63,433 nucleotides of DNA from a virus: positions 1 to 63,433 of the IMG/VR virus record IMGVR_UViG_3300019860_000021, one strand, 5' to 3'. Under the pieces are notes generated by a model. That model was given only the letters and a program-made list of their open reading frames with translations. It did not search any database and had not been told where the DNA came from. This document shows, in pieces, positions 17,214 to 24,290 of the stretch (the stretch's first letter is position 1; each line of letters begins with the position of its first letter). The position numbers were made by a program, and so were the translations under genes.

Positions 17214-17249
17214 GGGGGGGGGAAGCTGGTGCTTCTCCCCCTTTTTTTT
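17214..17249 (+). terminator. rho-independent terminator
   Basis: G-run/gaagc tggt gcttctccccc followed by T8, 24 nt after the stop at 17190. Confidence 0.8.
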
Positions 17250-17317
17250 GGTTTCTTTTCGGGGGGTTGTGTGTGCCGTTGGAGGCGTCTGGCTGGCGGG
17301 TTTCTCCCCACCAACTA

Positions 17318-17347
17318 TTGTATAAACCCCATACACTCGTGTATGAT
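17318..17347 (+). promoter_or_regulatory. sigma70-like promoter with overlapping palindrome
   Basis: TTGTAT N18 TATGAT. CATACACtcGTGTATG (17330-17345) overlaps the -10. 30 nt upstream of the ATG at 17377. Confidence 0.5.
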
Positions 17348-17376
17348 GTTCATACAGACACAGAGAGGGGATACCG

Positions 17377-17997
17377 ATGGCCACCATCACCGCCGCCGAC
17401 GCCGCCGCCCGCGCGGGCCGCACCGTCGACACCATCCGCCACTGGTGCCGCATGGGCGCCGTCCGCGCCACCAAGGTAGCTGGCCGGTGGGCCATCGACG
17501 TCGCCTCCCTCGACTACCGCATCAGCCTCGACACGCAGGAGCCGACCATGCCCACACTGGTGTGCGAGCACACCACCGACCCCGACAACCCCTGCCGAGA
17601 CTGCCAGCGCAAGTTCCGCCCGATCATGTTCAAGCGGTACGTCGCCGCGCTCACCGAGGGCCTGGAGCTGCCGCCGCTGACCGGCACCCCCAAGCAGATC
17701 GCCTGGGCAGAGCAGCTGCGCGCCCGCAGCCTCGCGGGCAACTGGGAGGACGTAGAGCGCGGCCTGACCGACGAAGGCCGTGTCCTCAACGTGGTCTGGG
17801 AGGCCGGCTGGTGGGCGCCGGAGCCCGACGAGGAGGAGTTCGGGATCGAATACCCCAACTGGCAGCAGAAGCTCATCCCCCACGAGGAGCTGGCCCGCCT
17901 CCGCACCCTGGCGGAGGCCCGCGCGTGGATCGCCCGCGTTGTCGCGGAGCGCACCGACGCGGCCTGGTGGATCGACCCCTACCGCTACGGCTACTGA
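17377..17997 (+). CDS. MerR/excisionase-type HTH protein (206 aa)
   Basis: N-terminal ITAADAAARAGRTVDTIRHWCRMGAVRATKVAGRWAI is an HTH_17-like motif. Confidence 0.6.
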   Translation: MATITAADAAARAGRTVDTIRHWCRMGAVRATKVAGRWAIDVASLDYRISLDTQEPTMPTLVCEHTTDPDNPCRDCQRKFRPIMFKRYVAALTEGLELPPLTGTPKQIAWAEQLRARSLAGNWEDVERGLTDEGRVLNVVWEAGWWAPEPDEEEFGIEYPNWQQKLIPHEELARLRTLAEARAWIARVVAERTDAAWWIDPYRYGY

Positions 17998-18057
17998 CCC
18001 GACCGGGGCCACCTGACCGGCGGCCCCTCCACCCCTACCGATTCGAGAGGACACGAC

Positions 18058-18654
18058 ATGACCGTCAACGAGCGTCCCGCCTGGGAGCAGCGCATCCTCG
18101 ACACCCGCGAGGCGATCAACCGGGCGATCGCTGCCCACGACCAGGCCATCGCCGACGCGAAGATGGCCAACGCTCCGGTCTCCCAGATCGCCCGAGTCCT
18201 GGGCCGCCAGGACCGCACCGGCCTGTACAGGGCCATCCAGCGCGCCAGGGAGCGCACCATGCAGGCCGTGCCGCAGCCCCCGCACACGCCGGTCGCCTAC
18301 GTGCGCACCCGGCAGCGGGCCAGCGACCTGCGCCTGCGCGTTGAGATGGCGCTGCGCGCCCGCGGCATCGCCACCATGAGCGTGTGGCCCGACGTCTGGT
18401 ACCTGGGCATGGGCGGAGTGCCCCTCCTCCAGATCAACCTGGAGGAGACCACGCTCGCCGAGGGCCGTCCCGAGACGGCGCCGGGCGTGTACCGGGTCGT
18501 CGCCCGGGAGGAGCCCGAGGACGGCCTGCGGGTGCTGCGCACCGTGGAGTCCCGACGCCTGCCCACCCGCCGCAGCGAGGACGGCATCGGGTCCGTGACG
18601 GACGTCGACGCTCTCGCGGCGCTGTCCGTTGAACTCCTCGCCCCCTACTGCTGA
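18058..18654 (+). CDS. hypothetical protein with HTH-like segment
   Basis: 198-aa ORF. VSQIARVLGRQDRTGLYRAIQRA. Confidence 0.55.
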   Translation: MTVNERPAWEQRILDTREAINRAIAAHDQAIADAKMANAPVSQIARVLGRQDRTGLYRAIQRARERTMQAVPQPPHTPVAYVRTRQRASDLRLRVEMALRARGIATMSVWPDVWYLGMGGVPLLQINLEETTLAEGRPETAPGVYRVVAREEPEDGLRVLRTVESRRLPTRRSEDGIGSVTDVDALAALSVELLAPYC

Positions 18655-18706
18655 CATCGCCCCAGAACACGCCACGACAAGAAGGACAACCTGAAAGGAC
18701 AACCTG

Positions 18707-19312
18707 ATGCGCATCGAGAAGATCGTTAACTGCACCGGGATGCCCCTGCTGATCCCCCAGGGGGCGGGTGACGAGCACGAGTACGTCGAGTACCCGGCCG
18801 CGCGAGTGCCGGCGCGGGTTGTGACCGAGGAGGTCACCGTGGCCGGACTGGACGTGCGAGTCACCCGAGACCTCGGGGTGGAAGGGCTCCCCGACCCACA
18901 GGAGGGCGTCTACTACCTGGTTACCTCCCGGGTTGCGCTGGCCGCCCCGGACCGCACCGACCTGCTGGTCCCCTCGGACATCTACGAATGGGGGGACGGG
19001 CGGAAGGTGGCTGGGGCGCTGCTGCGCCCCGAGCCCACGCCCCGTGGGTGGGGCCGGGGTCTCCCCGACCTCTCCGCGGTCGCAATCACCCTGAGTGACC
19101 ACCACGGCACATGGGCGACCCAGGTCGTCGCCGAAAAGACCCGTGACGGGAGCTGGGTGGTCCACACCGACGCGTCCCCGGGGGACGGCAGCTTCCCCGG
19201 CCGCTACACAGGGCTCGACCAGGGCGCAGCCCTGGCGAAGCTCGCCGACCTGCTCCCTGCCGCCCAACAGCAGGGCCGGGTCTTCGAGGAGAAGCTCAAG
19301 AACCTCCTCTGA
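18707..19312 (+). CDS. hypothetical protein; N-domain paralogous to the middle of 28367..29365
   Basis: MRIEKIVNCTGMPLLIP...GLPDPQEGVYYLVTSRVALAAPDRTDLLVPSD aligns with MRIINLTPHDVTLVT...VLPPPQPGVVYVVARPVAERANRPDLVVPTN. Confidence 0.6.
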   Translation: MRIEKIVNCTGMPLLIPQGAGDEHEYVEYPAARVPARVVTEEVTVAGLDVRVTRDLGVEGLPDPQEGVYYLVTSRVALAAPDRTDLLVPSDIYEWGDGRKVAGALLRPEPTPRGWGRGLPDLSAVAITLSDHHGTWATQVVAEKTRDGSWVVHTDASPGDGSFPGRYTGLDQGAALAKLADLLPAAQQQGRVFEEKLKNLL

Positions 19313-19323
19313 CCGGCCGACGT

Positions 19324-19405
19324 GAGGGACTGCTCCCACCTGGAATGGGAGTGGTCCCTCCCCTATCACAGGCGTCCCCGTCTAAGCTTGGTGGGCGGGG
19401 ACGCC
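19324..19405 (+). terminator. two strong hairpins after the stop at 19312
   Basis: gagggactgctccca N7 tgggagtggtccctc (19324-19360) and ggcgtccccg N15 cggggacgcc (19371-19405). No U-tract. Confidence 0.5.
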
Positions 19406-19421
19406 TAACCATATGGTTTAC

Positions 19422-19633
19422 CGGTAGTTAGGCGGCGCAAGCCCCGGTCTTCAGGCCGGGGTAAGCCGCCAAGAACATTCTCGCCGCTGGACGGGCGGAG
19501 AGACTAAACGCCTGTGGAGGCGACGTAAGACCACCCTTTGGGGTGGCGGACGCCGGTGAAGCAGGAACCCACCGGAGCGCGGCGTGAGCCGCGCAGGAGG
19601 AATCTCCGGCATTCACGCCGGGGAGGACGTCAA
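19422..19633 (+). mobile_element. non-autonomous IS200/IS605-type MITE carrying an orphan omega-RNA scaffold
   Basis: Starts after TTAC (19418-19421). The LE-like hairpin ccccggtcttcaggccgggg is fused to the last codons of a tnpB (AKNILAAG..). Blockwise homology to the revcomp of 24128-24290. Ends ...GGGGAGGACGTCAA. Confidence 0.7.
19470..19633 (+). ncRNA. orphan omega-RNA (TnpB guide-RNA scaffold) candidate
   Basis: Conserved blocks ggcggagag..taaacgcctgtggag..gtaagacc..ggtgaagcaggaa..cccggc.ttca..ggggagga.gtcaa are shared with the tnpB-linked copy. The variable helices between them keep self-complementarity. Confidence 0.6.
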
Positions 19634-19738
19634 ACGGTAAACTAGCTGCAATAACCTCATAAAACGCGAGCCCGCCGGGTGCTGGGAACACCACGACGGG
19701 CTCTGACCCACCTACCTGACTACCCCAGGAGGCAGGCT

Positions 19739-19927
19739 ATGCATAAGCCTAACCCCATCGTGCCCAAGCTCGGGCACGACCCTCACTCTTTCCCCCAGCC
19801 GGGCACCCCCATCCCCGACTGGATCACCCTTCACCCCAAGATCACCCACTTCGACTTCGGCCACCGAAACCCAGCCCAGACCGTCGCAGCCAAGGCCGCC
19901 GAGTTCGTCCAGGGGGCGTCCAAGTGA
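19739..19927 (+). CDS. hypothetical protein (62 aa)
   Basis: ORF 19679.. trimmed to the ATG at 19739 after AGGAGG. The stop overlaps the GTG of the next gene. Confidence 0.45.
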   Translation: MHKPNPIVPKLGHDPHSFPQPGTPIPDWITLHPKITHFDFGHRNPAQTVAAKAAEFVQGASK

Positions 19928-21075
19928 GCGACGTCATCGAACTGGAAGCCCTCGACCAGCCCACCTTCACCCAGGTCGGACACTGGCTCATCTTCCGCCA
20001 CGACATCTCCCCCACAGCGCGGCACCTCTACACCGTCCTCGCCGCATTCGTGCACCAAGGACGCCGCAACACCGGTGACACCGAGGTGTGGCCCTCACTC
20101 AACCTGCTCGCCGTCATCCTCGGCCTCTCCAAGGGCGAATCCGTCACCCCCTATCTCGACGAACTCATCCAGGCCGACGTCATCCGCAAACGCTCCACCA
20201 CCATCGGCGGCATGAAGGCGCGGAACACCTACGCCATCCGGTTCAACCCGCCGCCCGGCACTCCGGAGGCGAACGGGCTCGGAGACCTCCTGGCCCCGCT
20301 CAAGGAGATCGCCAGCGACCCGAAGGCCATGAGCCGGGCAGCCAAGGAGGTGCGCGCGACGATCAACGAGCGGCGGGAGCGGGAGAAGCAGGCACGCGCC
20401 GGACAGTCCGGGAAAACCGCAGGTCGCGCCGTACCCCGGAAAAGCGGGGTACGTACCCCAGAATTCCGGGGTACGTACCCCCGAAAACCGGGGTGGAACA
20501 ATACGAAGGTCGAACAATACGAAGGTCGTCCTCTTCTTCCCGCGCGCGCGGAAGCTGCGGCGCCGCCTCGACCTCGGCGCAGCGAGGAGGAAGAGAAGAA
20601 CAACACCAAGGGTCAGAAGGGGTGTTCTTCTGACCAGCAAAGGTGCACCACGTGCACCATGGTTGACCAGCGAAAGTGCACGACGTGCACCAAGAGGGCG
20701 GAAACCCCGGAAACCCGCGCCATCCGCGTCGTCCTCGATCGCCTCGCCGACCATTCCCCTACCGAGGACGAAGCCCGCGCCGTCATCACCCACATCCGCA
20801 ACCAGGCCACCCAGCGCGGCACCACGATCGCCCGCATCGACAAGTGGCTCGACGGCCGCGACCCCGACACCCTCCGGCACGACCTCGCCCACATCCGCGC
20901 ACAAACCACCCACCAAGGCCCGGGATGCGGCATCCACCGCCGCAAAACCCTCCCCTGCCGCATGTGCGCCATCGCCGCGGCAACCGGCGACGTCGAGCCG
21001 CTTCTCGCCGAGCTCAAACGCGTAGGCCCCGATGAGCGGCCCGACCTCGCTGACCTCTGCGCCGGCCACTCCTAA
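19924..21075 (+). CDS. replisome organizer / initiator-like winged-helix protein
   Basis: N-terminal HWLIFRHDISPTARHLYTVLAAFV...WPSLNLLAVILGLSKGESVTPYLDELIQADVIRKR is DnaD/organizer-like. Sits upstream of dnaB. Has an internal repeat cluster. Confidence 0.6.
   Translation: MSDVIELEALDQPTFTQVGHWLIFRHDISPTARHLYTVLAAFVHQGRRNTGDTEVWPSLNLLAVILGLSKGESVTPYLDELIQADVIRKRSTTIGGMKARNTYAIRFNPPPGTPEANGLGDLLAPLKEIASDPKAMSRAAKEVRATINERREREKQARAGQSGKTAGRAVPRKSGVRTPEFRGTYPRKPGWNNTKVEQYEGRPLLPARAEAAAPPRPRRSEEEEKNNTKGQKGCSSDQQRCTTCTMVDQRKCTTCTKRAETPETRAIRVVLDRLADHSPTEDEARAVITHIRNQATQRGTTIARIDKWLDGRDPDTLRHDLAHIRAQTTHQGPGCGIHRRKTLPCRMCAIAAATGDVEPLLAELKRVGPDERPDLADLCAGHS
20431..20690. repeat. ori-like cluster of palindromes and direct repeats inside the organizer gene
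   Basis: GGGGTACGTACCCC at 20446-20459 and 20468-20481 (22-bp phasing). gaacaatacgaaggtc x2 in tandem (20496-20527). ggtcagaag N7 cttctgacc (20611-20635). GTGCAC-N3-GTGCAC at 20643-20657 and 20676-20690. Confidence 0.55.
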
Positions 21076-21159
21076 AACCCGAGAAACGAAGAAGGGGCGG
21101 CAGCCTGCCGCCAAACAGGTGCTGCCGCCCCATTCCACAGAAAGGAACGCTCTACCATT

Positions 21160-22533
21160 ATGACACTCACACCCATCGCCCCTGCACGCACCGAACCCCC
21201 ACATGACCTCGCCGCTGAACAGGCCGTGCTCGGCGCGATCCTCACCGCCCCCGACCGGCGGCGCGCTCATGAACTTCTTGGTGAGGTCCTCGAGCTCGCG
21301 CCCCCCGCCACCTGGTATCGGCCTGCCCATGCGGTTCTTCTCGATCACCTGACCGCTCTCGCGGACGCTGACCAACCGTTGGACGCGATCACCCTGCACG
21401 ACCGGCTCGCGAAGACCGGTGATCACACCCGTACCGGCGGCGCCCCCTACCTGCACACTCTGGTGGAGCAGGCCGCGGTCGGGGCGACGGTGGGCCACTA
21501 TGCGCGCATCATCGCGGAAAAGGCCGTGCTGCGCCGGCTGATCCAGGCTGGGGCGCGCATCACCCAGTTCGGCCAGCAGGCCATCCCGGGCGCGGACGTG
21601 GACGACCTGGTGGAGCGGGCCCGGGATGAGGTCGACAGCATCGCGCGGACTGGTAGCGCGCACGACCCCGAGGTCACCACCCTGGCGGATGGGCTCGCCG
21701 GGTTTTTGGACCGGCTGGAGCGCGGCGACGCCGTGGCTGACGTGATCCCTGTGCCGTATGCGGATCTCGCGGACAAGCTGGTGGGTGGGGGGTTCGCGCC
21801 GGGCCAGCTGGTGGTGATCGCGGGCCGTCCTGGGCACGGCAAGACCACGATCGCGTTGGACATCATGCGGCACGCCGCCAAGAAAGGGAAGCGGGTGCTG
21901 TTCCATTCGCTGGAGATGACCCGAGACGAGCTGGACATCAAGCTGGCGGCGGCGGAAACCGGTATCGCCACCACCCAGCTCACTCCTGGCCCGAACGGTG
22001 CTGACCTCACTGATGACCAGTGGCGGAGGCTCGCCGACTATGTGGGGCGTGCTGCTGACATGGACATCACGATTGATGAGGCCGCCGACTGTTCACTGGC
22101 TCGGATCAAGGCCCGGGTGAACGCGATGGAGCGGCAAGGCCGGCTGCCGCATTTGGTGGTGGTGGACTACATCCAGCTGATGGACACCGCTCCGGCGGAG
22201 CGGAGGGATCTGCGGATCGCGGCGCTGTCGCGGGGGCTGAAGATCCTCGCGAAGACGAAGAAGATCGTGGTGGTGGCGTTGGCGCAGGCGCGTAGGGAGT
22301 CCGCGGATCGGGAGAACGGGGTGCCGAGGTTGTCGGATCTGGCTGAGTCCAGCGCGTTGGAAAAAGACCCGAATATTGTGCTGACGGTGGCTACGCCGCA
22401 TGTGGATGACCTGGAGCATGAACGGTCCGGGGAAACGATCATCAATGTGGCGAAAAACCGTGGCGGGCCGTTGGGGGAGGTAAGTTTGGCCTGCCAGTTC
22501 CACTATTCGCGCTGCGCGAATCTGCACCGGTAG
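21160..22533 (+). CDS. dnaB: DnaB-family replicative helicase
   Basis: N-terminal PHDLAAEQAVLGAIL, Walker A GRPGHGKTT, SLEM, VVDYIQLM, ESSALEKDPN. Confidence 0.92.
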   Translation: MTLTPIAPARTEPPHDLAAEQAVLGAILTAPDRRRAHELLGEVLELAPPATWYRPAHAVLLDHLTALADADQPLDAITLHDRLAKTGDHTRTGGAPYLHTLVEQAAVGATVGHYARIIAEKAVLRRLIQAGARITQFGQQAIPGADVDDLVERARDEVDSIARTGSAHDPEVTTLADGLAGFLDRLERGDAVADVIPVPYADLADKLVGGGFAPGQLVVIAGRPGHGKTTIALDIMRHAAKKGKRVLFHSLEMTRDELDIKLAAAETGIATTQLTPGPNGADLTDDQWRRLADYVGRAADMDITIDEAADCSLARIKARVNAMERQGRLPHLVVVDYIQLMDTAPAERRDLRIAALSRGLKILAKTKKIVVVALAQARRESADRENGVPRLSDLAESSALEKDPNIVLTVATPHVDDLEHERSGETIINVAKNRGGPLGEVSLACQFHYSRCANLHR

Positions 22534-22575
22534 GGCGCGGTTAGAGCAGACAGAGAGGAAGAAAAGAAAAAAAGG

Positions 22576-22603
22576 GGGGTGGTGGACCGCGCACCACCAC
22601 CCC
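22576..22603 (-). terminator. hairpin with flanking A/T run (terminator in the leftward sense)
   Basis: ggggtggtgg N8 ccaccacccc preceded by gaaaagaaaaaaa on the plus strand, which is a U-tract on the minus strand. Confidence 0.4.
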
Positions 22604-22646
22604 GCCCGTGGAGTATGTCGCCAGACGGAAGGCGGATCTATTATCG

Positions 22647-22669
22647 CACCCCCCTTCGGGGGTGGTTTT
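22647..22669 (+). terminator. small terminator-like hairpin
   Basis: caccccc cttcg gggggtg followed by gtttt. Confidence 0.45.
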
Positions 22670-22772
22670 AACGGGGAATACTCGGCCGCCTACAAACCCC
22701 CGGCCAGGTGGGGTCCCTACGCGCGAGGACGACGGATACGCCATCATCCTCAAACCCGGCCATACGAAACGA

Positions 22773-22820
22773 GGCCCTGCCTATCCTGGTAACAACCACA
22801 CCCCCTGGAAAGGCAGGGCC
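22773..22820 (+). repeat. conserved stem-loop, copy 1
   Basis: GGCCCTGCCtatcctg...cacccc..ggaaaGGCAGGGCC. The second copy is at 28093-28139. Confidence 0.7.
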
Positions 22821-22826
22821 ATACTC

Positions 22827-24062
22827 ATGCAGCATATCGGAGACCGCATCCGCGAATACCGCATGCTCCACGGCTTCACCCAAGAAGACCTCGCCGAAAA
22901 GGCGGGCATGCACCCCAACACCATCAAAAAACTCGAGCAGGGCGGCACCGCGCGCATGGACACCCTCCACCGCATCGCCCGTGCCCTTAACACAACCACT
23001 GGCAGCCTCATCTCCAGCCGCCCCCGACTGCTGGAACACGGCGACGACGGCAAACTCGACCTGCTCGACCTGCGCCGCACCATCTCCCCACCCATCACCG
23101 TGGACGGAGACCCGCTGTGCGACGACACCGAACCCCCCGACCTGCCCGCCCTCAAAGACGCCCTCATCCGTCTAGACGCCGCCTACCACGGCGACCGGTA
23201 CACCGACCTCGCGGAAATCCTGCCAGGGCTGATCCGCAGCACTCACACTGCCGTAGCCCACCACACCCACACCCCACGCGAGGCTGAGGCGCGCCGACTG
23301 CGGTCTGTGGCACTGCAGATCGCCGCCCGCTACCTCACCCAGGTGCGTGCCTATGATCTGGCGCATCTGGCGCTGGCGGACGCGACACGGGACGCTGCCG
23401 CATCCGACGATGAGATGGTCTCCGTGTCCTGCGTGGTCGGTCAGGCCTGGGTGCTGATCCGCCAGGGCCGGTTCGACGAGGCCGAACGGCTGGCTGCGCT
23501 GACTGCAGACCGTGTTGAGCCGCGCCTGTCCACCGCGACCGTGGACCACTTGTCATCCTGGGGATACCTGCTTCTGCGGGTCTCTGCTGCGGCGGCCCGC
23601 AACAACCGGCCTGATGTGTCCGCTGAGGCGCTCGGGCTGGCGCGCGTGGCTGCGGCTCGGATTGGGCGTGACCGCTACCACGAGCTGCGGAGCTGGGGGG
23701 CGTTCGGTCCGCTCACCGTGGAGCTGCGGAGCATTGAGGCGGAGTTGGTTGCGGATCGGCCTGACCGGGTGTTGGAGATGGCTGGTCGGCTGCCGTTGGA
23801 GTCGAGGTTGACCTCGTCTGACTCGTGGCACCGGCATCGCCTGGATGTGGCGGAGGCGTATGCGCGGATGCGGCGGGATAGTGAGGCGATACGAGTTCTG
23901 GCTGAGCTGCGTCGGGAGGCGCCGACGTGGCTGCGGCATCAGCGGATGGCTCGGGAGACGTTGGAGAGGGTGGTGCGGCGTCGGAAACGTGCTCTCACCA
24001 CAGAGCAGCGTGCGTTGATCGAAATTCTTGGGCGCAGACCCCGGCTTCAGTCGTGGGGTTAG
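22827..24062 (+). CDS. XRE-family HTH regulator with large helical (TPR-like) C-terminal domain
   Basis: ATG at 22827. IREYRMLHGFTQEDLAEKAGMHPNTIKKLEQG is an HTH_3 motif. About 340 aa of helical repeat-like sequence follow. The last 11 codons lie in an IS-end hairpin. Confidence 0.8.
   Translation: MQHIGDRIREYRMLHGFTQEDLAEKAGMHPNTIKKLEQGGTARMDTLHRIARALNTTTGSLISSRPRLLEHGDDGKLDLLDLRRTISPPITVDGDPLCDDTEPPDLPALKDALIRLDAAYHGDRYTDLAEILPGLIRSTHTAVAHHTHTPREAEARRLRSVALQIAARYLTQVRAYDLAHLALADATRDAAASDDEMVSVSCVVGQAWVLIRQGRFDEAERLAALTADRVEPRLSTATVDHLSSWGYLLLRVSAAAARNNRPDVSAEALGLARVAAARIGRDRYHELRSWGAFGPLTVELRSIEAELVADRPDRVLEMAGRLPLESRLTSSDSWHRHRLDVAEAYARMRRDSEAIRVLAELRREAPTWLRHQRMARETLERVVRRRKRALTTEQRALIEILGRRPRLQSWG
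24020..24058 (+). repeat. solo LE-like IS-end hairpin
   Basis: TTGAT (24015-24019), then 19 nt (cgaaattcttgggcgcaga), then ccccggcttcagtcgtgggg. Same layout as the LE of the tnpB element. Confidence 0.55.
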
Positions 24063-24127
24063 CCCATCCCCCTCGATCCTCAGACATTGGACAAGAGAGC
24101 CAAGCGCACGCTCCCGACCCTCGTGTG

Positions 24128-24290
24128 TTGACTTCCTCCCCACGGCTGAAGCCGGGGGATTCCAACCCTCGCGGGTTGGGTTTCCTGCTTCACCGCCAGC
24201 CGCCCGCCGGGCTTACGCCGTTTGGGTCTTACGCCGGCTCCACAGGCGTTTTACCTCTCCGCCAGCCCGGCGGCGAGGATATTGCGTGCG
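24128..24290 (-). ncRNA. omega-RNA of the tnpB element (candidate)
   Basis: Overlaps the tnpB 3' end and extends to the RE terminus, as expected for TnpB guide RNAs. Homologous to 19470-19633. Confidence 0.6.

Noticed and set aside
19428-19694. 88-aa minus-strand ORF; also plus-strand ORFs 24028..24348 and 23927..25462
   Set aside because: They are translations of the omega-RNA / IS-end regions or the antisense of tnpB. The nucleotide-level homology between the two loci is better explained by a structured RNA and transposon ends.
22608-22826. Upstream extension of the XRE-regulator ORF (and likewise 8665..8823, 11816..11962, 10846..11028)
   Set aside because: The extensions run through terminator hairpins or other genes and lack SDs. 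Internal starts with SDs, or with stop-start coupling, fit better.
22827-24250. Arbitrium-like (AimR/AimP) communication module
   Set aside because: The HTH-plus-helical-domain architecture is suggestive. However, I could find no short secreted-peptide ORF downstream, where the region is occupied by IS ends. The similarity is architectural only, so it is kept as a low-weight remark inside the XRE finding.
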